Shown: positions 16,509-27,004 of the stretch, one piece after another
Layout: every line of letters begins with the position of its first letter
Position numbering within the stretch: position 1 is the first letter of the stretch
NCBI GenBank assembly: GCA_051532035.1
Contig: JAOPTW010000014.1
Location: 1 to 64,000, forward strand
DNA from: Fibrobacterales bacterium
GTDB taxonomy: Bacteria; Fibrobacterota; Fibrobacteria; Fibrobacterales; JAOPTW01
DNA: 64,000 nt
Direction: 5' to 3'
The notes under the pieces: model-generated
Database searches by the model: none
What the model was told of the DNA's origin: nothing
Seen by the model: the letters and a program-made list of their open reading frames with translations, nothing else
Translations under genes and position numbers: made by a program

Positions 16509-19500
16509 CTACTCAAAAACAACCTGATGTCTCGCACCTTTTAAAATGCCCGAAACAGCAGAGCCAATTGTTATACCATAGAGGCTATAACGATTACCAG
16601 CCATTTTTGCCTCTCCAGCTACACCAACTGAAGTAATACGTGAAACCGTATCTCTACCAGCCTCGAATACATGGAGTTCAACAGGAACTTCAACAGGGCC
16701 GATTACCGAAGCATCATTGTGAGAAACTTCAATAGTTCCAAGATATACACCACCAACAAGATCAGCCGCCCCAAGAAGCACTTCAACAGTTACTGATTCT
16801 CCAGGTAACACAACTGCCTCAGATGTATTAAGTGTAAGCCATTGAGCTCCAGCACTTAATTCAACTGCTAATTGATTTTTAAGATAAGAAGTATTGTAAG
16901 CTACAGTTAAGCCATCGTCTTTTGTCCCATTCTGAATTCCAACAGTATTACCTGTTGTTGTTCCAACGAGATCATTGTAATAGAGTACTACTTTACCATT
17001 AGCATAAAGAACCGCCTGGAAAGTATAACTTCCTGACCCACTATATGGATCAACATCGTTGAACTCAACAATAGCATGAGTTCCAAAATCTTGAAAATAG
17101 ATTGTTCCAGCTCCTCTTGGATCAAGGTCATCATGAAAGAGATCAATCAAATTAGAAGGAGCTGATACAGAAGGAAGCGCATAATTAGATATTTGTGCAC
17201 TACCCGTTCCAAAAGTAAGGAATCCATTTGAGCTTACAAATACTGAGTTAAAGTCATTTCCATAAAATGGAAATTCAAAACTCAACCCTTGCTCTTGATA
17301 ACAGTCATCACAACCAGATACATTACTGAGTACTGAACCTGTTGAACTGATACTATTCCAAGTAAACGCAGGACCACCGATTTCATCTGAGTCTCTCCAA
17401 CTGTACCCAAAAGTATCGGGACCACCAGAATCATTAAGTACTGGACGACCAACACGAGTATCAATACTCTGTTTATCAAAAGCGAGGTAATGTTCAAATG
17501 AGTATGGTTCATTTGATAACCCTTGTACTGCAGTATTATCACTCGACACTAATAACAGCTCAAGGTTAGCATCACCACTATTGGTAATTACAACTTCGGC
17601 TGTTGCTTGCTCACCAAAGAGCACGTGCTCAGTAATAGATAACGGAGAAACAGCGATTCGTGCACCAAGTAATCCACTACCACTTACGGGTACAGTAATT
17701 ACTGCATTATCTTCTGCATCACTGGTTATAGTAAAAGTTCCAACGTCACTCTGAACACTCGCAGGTGTAAAAGTAACAGGAACATTTATTTCACCAAAGG
17801 CAGGAACAGTCAGTGGAAGTTGTGCAGTATGGGTAAAGTGCCCATTATCAATCGAAAGATCGCTCACTTCTGTTGCTTCATTAGAGCTGTTGACAAGGGT
17901 AACAATAAGCTCACTGCTTCTTCCAATTTCTAAGCCACCAAAATCTAAGGCATCAGGGTTCGCTACAAGCGACCTAAACCCATCAATAGTCACTGTTACT
18001 TGAATCGTTTGAAGAGGAGTTACAGGGTCATTGGTTTCAACAACCACTTCACCTGTGTACACACCGCCAAGAAGGCCAGTAGGATCAATTGTAGTGATAA
18101 TGTCTTGTGCTGAACCAGGAACGATAACACCTGGAGTTGCAGGGTTAGCCGCTATCCAGTTTGGTCCAATAGATGCAAGAGCATTATTTACATTGAGTCG
18201 TCCATTAGATAATACAACACCAGTCATAGATGGTACAACATCAACAGTTGACAGAAGCGCGTTCTTCACATCCATTGCACTGAGTGATGGATTATACGTC
18301 CATAATAGAAGTGCAGCACCAGATACATGAGGCGTCGCCATAGAAGTTCCCGATAGATTCTGATACCCACCGCCTGGTTCACAACTATACGTATCAACAC
18401 CAGGTGCACCGAGGTCCACCGTTGTTGCACCATAGCTTGAGAAGCTTGCTTTGCCATCATTTCTATCTGTTGCAGCTACCGCAATAATATTGTCAAGATC
18501 ATATCCAGATGGGTATGAATCTGAAACATCATTATTACTGCTACTATTACCTGCAGCAGCGATAAAGAGATGACCAAGAGTCTCTCCTACCTGTATCAGG
18601 TCGTACAATGATTGAGAGTATGGTCCGCCACCCCAACTATTACTGGTAATTTTCATACCCATAACATTTGAGTAGTCAACCGCATTTAGTATTGCAGCGT
18701 CAGAAGTAGCTCCGCTTGAATTAAAGATTTTGAGAGCCGCCATACTTGCATTCCATGCAACACCTGCAACACCAACACCATTATTACCAACGCCACCGAT
18801 TGTACCTGCACAGTGTGTGCCATGGTAATGATCGTCCATTGGGTCGCCATCATTATTGATAAAGTCATAACCATAGATATCATCAACATATCCGTTACCA
18901 TCATCATCAACACCAGGAGTACCGTTTTGTTCTGCAGTATTTACCCAAATGTTATCTGCCAAGTCTGGATGGAGATAATCAATTCCAGTATCAATAAGAC
19001 CAAGTACAACATTCTTTCCACCAGTGTGAACATCCCACGCTTCAACCGCATCAATGTCTGCATCTACCGTACCACCACTTTGGCCAATATTATGCATGCC
19101 ATAGAGTGAAGAGAATGACGCATCATCTGGAACACCTTGTAAAGTACGAACATAGTTAGGTTCAGCATAAATAACATCACTGTTACTCTTCAGCTCCTCA
19201 ATTTTTGCAATCACGGCATCGGAATCTTGCGATTCTAATGACACAAGAAAGAGTGCATGAGGTTTTGTTGCTGTTAAGCCAGTTTCAGGACTTACCGCTT
19301 GAGCAAGAGGAAGTACGTTAGAAACACCACTGGTCGCTAGTTGTGCAGGAAATGCTGTTACGCCACTTGCAAGAGCAACAATTACTTCACCCGCAATAAA
19401 AGGATGTGCATAATTTGTAGTTTCATAGATCAAACCAAACTGTGGTTTAACCACTGAAGCACCCATGCTTTTGAATTGTAACGGAGCGCTCGTTTCAGAG

Positions 19501-22500
19501 ACTGAAGCAATTTTCCAGTCTAAGTCTGCACCACCAATGTTTCTCAATACAGAGGTGAGATCAGCAGGAGCATCAACAGTAGTCATCTCAAGTTCAAAAG
19601 AGACTGGAGCAAGAGTAGCCATAGGAGCTTCAACGCCTGTACCCGTTAAGGAGACCGTTAACTCTGGATTATCTTCTGCATCACTTACAATAGTCATTAC
19701 ACCTGATTCAACATTCAGTTGACTCGCAGTGTAAGAAACCATTACAACAGCAGATCCAAAAGCTGGTATCGCAAGAGGAAGTTGAGCGTTGCTACTAAAT
19801 ACCACATTATCTAACGAGATATCGGTAACCACTGTAGCTTCATCACCTGTGTTACTTAAGGTTAACTCAAAGGTTTGTGTTGCACCTTGCCAAACATCGC
19901 CAAAATCATAGGTGTCTGGAGTAACAGAGAGTCTCTTTACACCATCAACCGTTAAGGTAGCTGGTACTGAGACATCAGGATTGTTGCCACTGTTATTTAA
20001 TACATGGATAATACCCGAGTAAACACCACCGACCATATCTGCTGCACTAAAAATAACAGGAATATCAATTGTTTCTCCTGCTGCTACTCTGCTATCAACC
20101 ACACTTGTTGATAACCAACTCACAGGTGGTTCACCACCAACATTAATATTATCCCACCATGCTTGTGATGAAGTATGATTATAGAGGTTTACTTGATCAA
20201 TTCCAGCAACACTTTCTCTAAACGAAATATTTTCTGAAATAAGAACGTCATCAACATAATAATCAAAATTATTATTGTCCCAATCAATAACAAAGCGGAT
20301 GTCATACCATGTATTTGCCACATAAGGAACTGTTTCGATACCATTAGCGTATAGATATCCATTTTCTCTCATAAAAAAGAACATTATATAGTTATTAGCA
20401 TTGCTAAAAGTCACATAACCATCATTATTTTGAGTGCTACTTGACCTTACAGAGAAGGTGACCTCTTCGGGTGCAACTCCTCCATTAAAGTCCACTGATA
20501 ATCCATTATTATGACTTTGGCTTCCACCAGTTTGGCTCAATGAAAAGCTACCCGTTTGCTTGACAGAAGATGAAATTTCTCGCACATAACTCCCACCATC
20601 ATTATTCCATTGATCGAAACTACCGCTTTCAAAGCCATCAAAAAACGGGAATTCAACAGCAGCGAGGGTAGAATATTTCTGTAACGTATGTAGTCTTGTA
20701 GAAAGGTCATTTCCAAATTCAGCTCCTATATCATTTGTCCACCGCTGCTCGCCTTGCCAAACTTTAGGAGTAGCCGACACAGAAACAGTATTTTCAATTT
20801 CAATTGAAACATCCATTTCCGAATCACCATTATTTGTAATAGAAAGCATACGAACTAGTTCATCACCAACCAACACCATTTCATTAAATGACTCGGGGTC
20901 AACTGAGATTTGGGCACCAAGTACTCCTCTTCCTGAAAGTGAAACTAACAACTCTGCATTATCTTCGGCATCACTTGTAATAGTTATTAGCCCTGCTTCA
21001 ACAGCAATCTGACTCGCAGTGTATGAGACTGTTACTACAACAGCCCCAAAAGCCGGTACCGTCAAGGGAAATTGAGCGCTATGACTAAAGGCACCATTAT
21101 CTAATGAAATTTCAGTAATTTGGGTTGCTTCATCACCAGAATTACTCAATGTTAATTCAAAGGTTTCTGTAGCGCCTTGCCATACATCGCCAAAATCATA
21201 GGTGTCTGGAGAAACAGAGAGTCTCTTTACACCATCAACCGTTAGGGTTACAGGAATAGCAACATCAGGATTATTAACACTGCTATTTACTACTTGAATA
21301 GTACCTGTATAAACACCGCCAATAGCTTCAGTAGCGTCAAAAGTAACAGGAACATCAATTGTAGAACCTGGAGCAACAATACCTGACGTTACTCCTAAAG
21401 AAAGCCATGAAACACCAGTCTTAAATTCAACAGCAAGTTGGTTTTTAAGATATGAAGTATTATAAGCAACAGTTAAACCATCATCACGATTTCCATTTTG
21501 AATCCCAACGGTATTACCAGTAAGAGTTCCAACAAGAGAATTATAATAGATAGCTATTTTGCCACTTGCGTGAATAACTGCTTGGAATGTATAACTCCCT
21601 GTACCACTATATGGATACACAGCATTGAACTCTACAATTGCATGAGTACCAAAATCCTGGAAATAGATAGTTCCACCATCTCCTGGGTCGAGATCATCAT
21701 GAAAAAGATCGATTAAATTTGCTGGTGCTAAGGCTGAAGGAAGGGGATAGTTCCCTATTGATGCAGTACCCGTTCCAAAGGTGAGATACCCATTGGAACT
21801 TACAAATACAGAATTGAAGTCATCTTCATAGAAAGGAAAATCAAAACTCAACGCCTGCTCTTCAAAACAGTCATCACAACGAGACACACTACTTAATACT
21901 GAACCTGTTGTACTAATACTCGTCCATGTATATGTTGGACCACCTGTTTCGTCAGAGTCTTTCCAACTATATCCAAAAGTATCAGGTCCACCAGAGCTCG
22001 CAAGGATAGGACGTCCAATACGAGTATCAACACGCTCTTTATCGAGCTCAAGATAGTGCTCAAAAGAATACGATTCATTTGATAAACCTTGTATGGTTGT
22101 ATTGTCTATAAAATTGAGTGTAAATTCAAGATCTGTACCACCACTATTTGTAATAGCAATAGAGCGAGTTTCTAAATCCCCAACAAATATCACTTCATCA
22201 AATTGACCAGGTACTACTGAAATTTCTGCCCCTACAGTACCTACTGCAGAAAGAGTCACAATAATACCAGGGTTATCCACAGCATCACTCGATATGGTGA
22301 GTGTCCCAGACTCGGACACAAAATCAGTCGGAGTACAAATAACTTCGACTTCTACTGACGATCCACCTGAAACCATAAATGGGAGGGTAATGTTAGCAGT
22401 AAAATGAAGATTATCAAACGCTAAATCATGTACCGTTGTCGCTTCACCACCACCATTAATTAAGGTAAGGGTCATTGACTTAGAACCACCAACTGCCACA

Positions 22501-24227
22501 CCACCAAAATTAAGATTATTTGAAAGAACATCAAGGTTTTTTACTAATGGTGGAATACCAGCGGCAGCCCAAACATCAACAACAACCGATGCATCATAAC
22601 CCAGGGTAGTTGCGGCAAGTATCCATGCATCACGTGAGTCACGATACTGTGAAGAACTCGTAAGGAGATACATGTTAGCATACATCGCAATTTCACCTGA
22701 AGCCTCAATACCAATTCCAGCTATATCATATGGAAATCCATCATTAGACCCTACCCCACCTTCGGCAAGGAGGTAAAACACATAATTCTGAACACCACTA
22801 TTATAGTGTACACCACCATTATCACCACTACCCGCATACCAATGAGTTCCTAAGTAATACGAAGGTTGTTCATAGCGTTGCGGGTCTCTTAAATCACGAA
22901 GCGCTTCGTCTCGTAACCATGCATCTTCGCCACAAAGCCAATCTGCTTGACCATCAACACCTGCAGGATATGAAGAACGACCATCTTGTTGTCCATAAAA
23001 CTCAATGAGTGTTCCAAGAATATCTGAAAAGGACTCGTTTAACGCGCCCGACTCATAAGAATATATTAGGTCAGATGAATAGTCAGTGATTGCATGGCCA
23101 TATTCATGACCAGTTATATCAAGAACGGTAAGTGCATTCGCAACACTTCCATCACCATCACCAAAATAAAATGCTGATCCATTCCAATAGGCATTAACAT
23201 AGTTAGAGCCCTCATGCACATTTGCTGTTGCAAAAATGCCATTGTTATTGAAACTGTTCCAACCTAAAACATTGGTAACATATTCCTGAACAATCTCCAT
23301 GTTGTTTGCTAAAGAAATTGCTGAAGGGTCACTTGCTCCCCAATCATTTGAAGTCTGCTGAGACCAATCACTTCTATCAGTATCGTAGATGCCCCAAAGG
23401 TCATCGTTATTACGTAAAAAGTGCTTTCCCGAATCATCAAACCAACCATTGATAGATACAACAGAACCATCTTCATCTGCAAGACGAGTACCTTGTACTG
23501 GAGCTTCTGCTCCACCAACTGGTGCACCATGCATTATTTGATTTACTCTGAAGAGCGTCTCACCTGTTTCAGCATCAATAAAGCATCGCCATTTCTCTTG
23601 ATCTCCAACAACACCGTTATCAACTTCGACTTCAATAGCTAAACGGCCATTAAAAATCACCAAACGGGATTTATCTTTCTTATGCTGTGCTGAAAGAATA
23701 TTGAGTTCAAGTTTACTTTTTGAAAATGCTTCATCCAGTGAAACCTTTGAGATATTTGAAATATTCAGATCGAAGAGTAACTTTCCTGCAACTCCATACA
23801 CCTCATTTCGAGTATTGATATGTACAATGATATCACTGCCAATTACAGCAATACCTTTATACAATTGAGACAACCGAATGTGTGTATTGCCCAATTTATC
23901 TTTGAGGACAGTACTCACTTCAATTTTTGAATTATGTTTTGATAACAGTTTATTCAGACGCTTAATTACTCCACGTTTTGAATCACCTGTTATACTTAAC
24001 CCAGAAATCCCATTATTTACACTTTTTTCCTTAAGGTCAACTGTTCTCAAGGCGCGCATATTTTGTAACCCTTTCGCAAAAGGGTTGTGCTCTCGCAAAG
24101 ATTGCTGAGCAATTTGATTATTCTTTTTAGATTCAGGTTTTATTGCCCACGCTGCTTGTACACCAAGCAGCATTATTAAGACGGCATATATGAAACCTGA
24201 AAAATAAAATGTGTTTCTATTTTCCAT
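16509..24227 (-). CDS. 2572-aa secreted dual protease: M4 (thermolysin-like) plus S8 subtilase with multiple Ig-like (ASH/choice-of-anchor D type) and beta-sandwich modules
   Basis: Signal peptide; FTP/PepSY-type propeptide; NAYWNG, HEYGH (23094-23108), GALNESFSD, DNGGVHYNSG; S8 propeptide ending YAEPNY, then LIDTG, HGTHCAG, AAAGN and GTSMATP (about 18331-18350). Confidence 0.92.
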   Translation of the reverse strand: MENRNTFYFSGFIYAVLIMLLGVQAAWAIKPESKKNNQIAQQSLREHNPFAKGLQNMRALRTVDLKEKSVNNGISGLSITGDSKRGVIKRLNKLLSKHNSKIEVSTVLKDKLGNTHIRLSQLYKGIAVIGSDIIVHINTRNEVYGVAGKLLFDLNISNISKVSLDEAFSKSKLELNILSAQHKKDKSRLVIFNGRLAIEVEVDNGVVGDQEKWRCFIDAETGETLFRVNQIMHGAPVGGAEAPVQGTRLADEDGSVVSINGWFDDSGKHFLRNNDDLWGIYDTDRSDWSQQTSNDWGASDPSAISLANNMEIVQEYVTNVLGWNSFNNNGIFATANVHEGSNYVNAYWNGSAFYFGDGDGSVANALTVLDITGHEYGHAITDYSSDLIYSYESGALNESFSDILGTLIEFYGQQDGRSSYPAGVDGQADWLCGEDAWLRDEALRDLRDPQRYEQPSYYLGTHWYAGSGDNGGVHYNSGVQNYVFYLLAEGGVGSNDGFPYDIAGIGIEASGEIAMYANMYLLTSSSQYRDSRDAWILAATTLGYDASVVVDVWAAAGIPPLVKNLDVLSNNLNFGGVAVGGSKSMTLTLINGGGEATTVHDLAFDNLHFTANITLPFMVSGGSSVEVEVICTPTDFVSESGTLTISSDAVDNPGIIVTLSAVGTVGAEISVVPGQFDEVIFVGDLETRSIAITNSGGTDLEFTLNFIDNTTIQGLSNESYSFEHYLELDKERVDTRIGRPILASSGGPDTFGYSWKDSDETGGPTYTWTSISTTGSVLSSVSRCDDCFEEQALSFDFPFYEDDFNSVFVSSNGYLTFGTGTASIGNYPLPSALAPANLIDLFHDDLDPGDGGTIYFQDFGTHAIVEFNAVYPYSGTGSYTFQAVIHASGKIAIYYNSLVGTLTGNTVGIQNGNRDDGLTVAYNTSYLKNQLAVEFKTGVSWLSLGVTSGIVAPGSTIDVPVTFDATEAIGGVYTGTIQVVNSSVNNPDVAIPVTLTVDGVKRLSVSPDTYDFGDVWQGATETFELTLSNSGDEATQITEISLDNGAFSHSAQFPLTVPAFGAVVVTVSYTASQIAVEAGLITITSDAEDNAELLVSLSGRGVLGAQISVDPESFNEMVLVGDELVRMLSITNNGDSEMDVSIEIENTVSVSATPKVWQGEQRWTNDIGAEFGNDLSTRLHTLQKYSTLAAVEFPFFDGFESGSFDQWNNDGGSYVREISSSVKQTGSFSLSQTGGSQSHNNGLSVDFNGGVAPEEVTFSVRSSSTQNNDGYVTFSNANNYIMFFFMRENGYLYANGIETVPYVANTWYDIRFVIDWDNNNFDYYVDDVLISENISFRESVAGIDQVNLYNHTSSQAWWDNINVGGEPPVSWLSTSVVDSRVAAGETIDIPVIFSAADMVGGVYSGIIHVLNNSGNNPDVSVPATLTVDGVKRLSVTPDTYDFGDVWQGATQTFELTLSNTGDEATVVTDISLDNVVFSSNAQLPLAIPAFGSAVVMVSYTASQLNVESGVMTIVSDAEDNPELTVSLTGTGVEAPMATLAPVSFELEMTTVDAPADLTSVLRNIGGADLDWKIASVSETSAPLQFKSMGASVVKPQFGLIYETTNYAHPFIAGEVIVALASGVTAFPAQLATSGVSNVLPLAQAVSPETGLTATKPHALFLVSLESQDSDAVIAKIEELKSNSDVIYAEPNYVRTLQGVPDDASFSSLYGMHNIGQSGGTVDADIDAVEAWDVHTGGKNVVLGLIDTGIDYLHPDLADNIWVNTAEQNGTPGVDDDGNGYVDDIYGYDFINNDGDPMDDHYHGTHCAGTIGGVGNNGVGVAGVAWNASMAALKIFNSSGATSDAAILNAVDYSNVMGMKITSNSWGGGPYSQSLYDLIQVGETLGHLFIAAAGNSSSNNDVSDSYPSGYDLDNIIAVAATDRNDGKASFSSYGATTVDLGAPGVDTYSCEPGGGYQNLSGTSMATPHVSGAALLLWTYNPSLSAMDVKNALLSTVDVVPSMTGVVLSNGRLNVNNALASIGPNWIAANPATPGVIVPGSAQDIITTIDPTGLLGGVYTGEVVVETNDPVTPLQTIQVTVTIDGFRSLVANPDALDFGGLEIGRSSELIVTLVNSSNEATEVSDLSIDNGHFTHTAQLPLTVPAFGEINVPVTFTPASVQSDVGTFTITSDAEDNAVITVPVSGSGLLGARIAVSPLSITEHVLFGEQATAEVVITNSGDANLELLLVSSDNTAVQGLSNEPYSFEHYLAFDKQSIDTRVGRPVLNDSGGPDTFGYSWRDSDEIGGPAFTWNSISSTGSVLSNVSGCDDCYQEQGLSFEFPFYGNDFNSVFVSSNGFLTFGTGSAQISNYALPSVSAPSNLIDLFHDDLDPRGAGTIYFQDFGTHAIVEFNDVDPYSGSGSYTFQAVLYANGKVVLYYNDLVGTTTGNTVGIQNGTKDDGLTVAYNTSYLKNQLAVELSAGAQWLTLNTSEAVVLPGESVTVEVLLGAADLVGGVYLGTIEVSHNDASVIGPVEVPVELHVFEAGRDTVSRITSVGVAGEAKMAGNRYSLYGITIGSAVSGILKGARHQVVFE
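16861..22106 (-). repeat. Intragenic duplication A: about 680-bp module at about 21426-22106 and 16861-17540
   Basis: Both copies encode QGLSNE.YSFEHYL...GGPDTFGYSW.DSDE...CDDC...NLIDLFHDDLDP...AYNTSYLKNQLAVE. Confidence 0.9.
19670..21245 (-). repeat. Intragenic duplication B: Ig-like module at about 20960-21245 and 19670-19955
   Basis: Near-identical DNA, e.g. acatcgccaaaatcataggtgtctgga and aacagagagtctctttacaccatcaaccgtta, offset by 1290 bp. Confidence 0.9.
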
Positions 24228-24262
24228 TTAAATTTCCTTTTAACAAGATTTATGCCCTCTTA

Positions 24263-26536
24263 TTATTCTACAATAATCCATGAAGTTGCAATTTTTAACC
24301 ATGTACTCATATCAAGAGTATTTACATAGTAAGTCCCCACTTCCGCAATAACATCATTCTCATTAGGGTTACCTTCAGCTCGGATCACTCCTGTTTGAGG
24401 AGTTTCATTCGAATTGCTTCCAAGTGAATAGGCTGATGCAGTTAATGGTGATCTTGGGGAAAGTACATCTGGTGTACCATCATCAACAATCATTTCAACC
24501 CAAAGACGGTCATTAGTTGTTACAATCTGCTCTAAATCACCAGTAGTATTGCCTTCACCGAGACGTACAGAAAAGTATCCATTATCAACAGTAATTGCTT
24601 CTTCGTTTGCAAGAAGGAATGACTCAGTATAAAGCGCTGTCCCACCTACTTCAGCATCCAATAAATTTACGATGATATCTACAACAACTGGATCACCTGA
24701 ACCAAGTGGCATGCCGTCATCACCAAACAATTTACCGTTGATTGCTAATTTTTTGTTTTCAGGTATGGTAGGAACTACGGTAAGAGTTACCAAATCACTC
24801 GTTACAGATCCGTAAAGGTTAGTTATAACAACTGAAAATTGAGCACCATTATCTGCAGGTGTTAAAACTTCAGTTGCATATTCTGCAGATGTAGCACCAG
24901 TAACAACATCATCACCGCGCATCCATTGATACTCCAATGTACCAGTACCTGTCGCTCCTACTATAAACCGTGCAATCTTACCCTGTTTTTTTGTAGCACT
25001 TAAAGGCTGTAAAACAATGGTTGGTGCAACTGGTTGCTCATTCACAGTGAGTGTAGCAGAAGTACTTAAAACACTACCTGCACCATTTAAAATAATCACC
25101 ATATATTGATCACCATTATTAATAACCTGATTAGCTGAAGTAGTATAAGTTGAAAGAGTAGCTCCTGAAACAGGAAGGTTATTTTTATACCACTGATATG
25201 AGAGGTTACTTCCTGATGCAACAACTGAAAAAGTAGCTAAATCACCTTCAACGACTTCTTGACTTACAGGCTGTGTGATAATTGTTGGTAAAACTGGATT
25301 TATAGTAATAGTTACTGTTGCTGAAGCAGAGATAGCTCCATCAGAAACTTCATATGTAAAAACATCTGTACCTGCAATATTAGCCACTGGGCTATAAGTA
25401 AAGCTGCCATCTGTTAAAATTTGTACAGATCCTGTACCTGCACTTACAAGTAATGCTATTAATTGATCACCATCAAGATCTGAATCATTGAGTAACAGGC
25501 CGGGTGCGGCAATAGAAAGTGTCCCATTTTCATTTACACTGTACTCATCATTTTGAGCTACTGGCGCATCATTTATTGGATTTACTGTTATTACTGCTGT
25601 CGCATTAGAAGTTAAACCCTGTTCATCTAGAACCTGATACTGAAAAGAAACATCACCGTTAAAATTTATTTCTGGAGTATACTCAAAAGACCCATCAGCA
25701 TTCAGTGTTAAAACACCTGTCTCGACGTTTGTTAAAAGTGACACAGTCATAGAGCCTTGTTCAACGTCGGTGTCATTCAACAAAACACCTGGAGCTGCAA
25801 CAGTTACTGTTACCTCTTCGTCTGTTATATAGCTATCATCATTGGCCGTTGGAACGCCACCAAATGCTGCAGCTATTGTATGATTAACTGAGATATTTGT
25901 AAAAGTATATGATAAAGCAGTATTTACTGCTTCGTTATCAACCATAAGACCAATGAGAGCATAGCCTGCATCAGGGGCCATTGTATATGTTTGATCTGAA
26001 CCATTAGGGAGGGTTACAATGCCTGCTGGATCAATCACACCACCAGTTGTTGCTGTAGCATTAATAGTATATTCAGCAGAAACTGTACCATAAATTTTAA
26101 ATTTGTGAAGTGAATAACCCCACTCAGTTCCACGAGCAGTACCATATAATCTTACATAGCGACCAGAACCGGAGAGAGTAATATTATCTGTACCACCATT
26201 ACCCCATGTTTTGGTATAAATAGTTGTCCAATTTTGAGCATCGTCAGAGACCTGTATACGATAATCTCTACCGTAAGCAGTTTCCCAAAGAAGGTTCACA
26301 CTTGTCAATTCATACTCTTGTTGGAGGTCAACATAGATCCACTGTGGATCGCTAAAATCACTCGACCAACGAGTACTACTATTATTATCAAAAGCATTAG
26401 ATGCAGGATGTCCCGATTCAACGGATGAGGCAAAAGCTGGTTTTCCTTCTGCAATATCTTGTGCAAAAGAAACTACTGGAAATAGAACGAATAATACGAA
26501 CATTAAACGTAAAGTTGTCTTAAATTGTTTTGACAT
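24263..26536 (-). CDS. Secreted protein: F5/8 (CBM32) domain, Ig-like, two tandem-95/Big_9, two Ig I-set-like domains and a C-terminal fibre-base-like domain
   Basis: Signal peptide VSFA-Q; NAFDNNSSTRWSS..SDPQWIYVDL and GRYVRLYGTARGTEWGYSL; ANDDSY/NDAPVA repeats; ITQP...YQW Ig repeats. Confidence 0.85.
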   Translation of the reverse strand: MSKQFKTTLRLMFVLFVLFPVVSFAQDIAEGKPAFASSVESGHPASNAFDNNSSTRWSSDFSDPQWIYVDLQQEYELTSVNLLWETAYGRDYRIQVSDDAQNWTTIYTKTWGNGGTDNITLSGSGRYVRLYGTARGTEWGYSLHKFKIYGTVSAEYTINATATTGGVIDPAGIVTLPNGSDQTYTMAPDAGYALIGLMVDNEAVNTALSYTFTNISVNHTIAAAFGGVPTANDDSYITDEEVTVTVAAPGVLLNDTDVEQGSMTVSLLTNVETGVLTLNADGSFEYTPEINFNGDVSFQYQVLDEQGLTSNATAVITVNPINDAPVAQNDEYSVNENGTLSIAAPGLLLNDSDLDGDQLIALLVSAGTGSVQILTDGSFTYSPVANIAGTDVFTYEVSDGAISASATVTITINPVLPTIITQPVSQEVVEGDLATFSVVASGSNLSYQWYKNNLPVSGATLSTYTTSANQVINNGDQYMVIILNGAGSVLSTSATLTVNEQPVAPTIVLQPLSATKKQGKIARFIVGATGTGTLEYQWMRGDDVVTGATSAEYATEVLTPADNGAQFSVVITNLYGSVTSDLVTLTVVPTIPENKKLAINGKLFGDDGMPLGSGDPVVVDIIVNLLDAEVGGTALYTESFLLANEEAITVDNGYFSVRLGEGNTTGDLEQIVTTNDRLWVEMIVDDGTPDVLSPRSPLTASAYSLGSNSNETPQTGVIRAEGNPNENDVIAEVGTYYVNTLDMSTWLKIATSWIIVE

Positions 26537-26955
26537 GGAGCCCTCTTAAATTGATTAGTTAACATTAGTTGAGTACCAATATGCATAGGGAAGCGCATGA
26601 TACCACCCCAAAAAATACAAATTAAATTTATTTACTCAACGGATGAAAATCTGCTTAAAAAGCTTAAGCACTATTTAAGATAAATACTCAAGAAGGCTTC
26701 ACCGATATATCCCTTATTGATAAGGAGTTACAGACTTATACCCCCCAAACATCCTCTTATGTAAATTATTGTTCACATTTAAATCTTCTCCTTTATTAAA
26801 ACAAAAAAGAGTCGCATTGCTTACAATAAGGAAGCGATTGTGGTGTTATTTGACAACTATCACACAAAACAATTGGTTATTACTCAGAACAGATCTACTT
26901 ATACTCAGTAAGCCAATTATGAAGAACTAAGAAGGATAAAAAGAGATTATGTTCT

Positions 26956-27004
26956 TTTATTCTCAAAAAACCTGCAGCCTAGCTACTGGCCTTTTGAGAA
27001 TAAA
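26956..27004. other. Stem-loop immediately after the GLUG gene stop
   Basis: TTTATTCTCAAAA / TTTTGAGAATAAA 13-bp arms; no clear U-tract on the minus strand, so not a classical terminator. Confidence 0.45.

Noticed and set aside
24263..24763. Prophage tail-fibre remnant
   Set aside because: The domain is fused to a Sec-exported CBM32/Ig protein and there are no phage genes nearby; treated as a cellular module.
26537..26955. Riboswitch or sRNA in the long leader of the protease operon; also a plus-strand TAAA-N16-ACCGATAT sigma28-like site at 26681-26708
   Set aside because: No recognisable aptamer core; the sigma28-like site has off spacing and points at no ORF.
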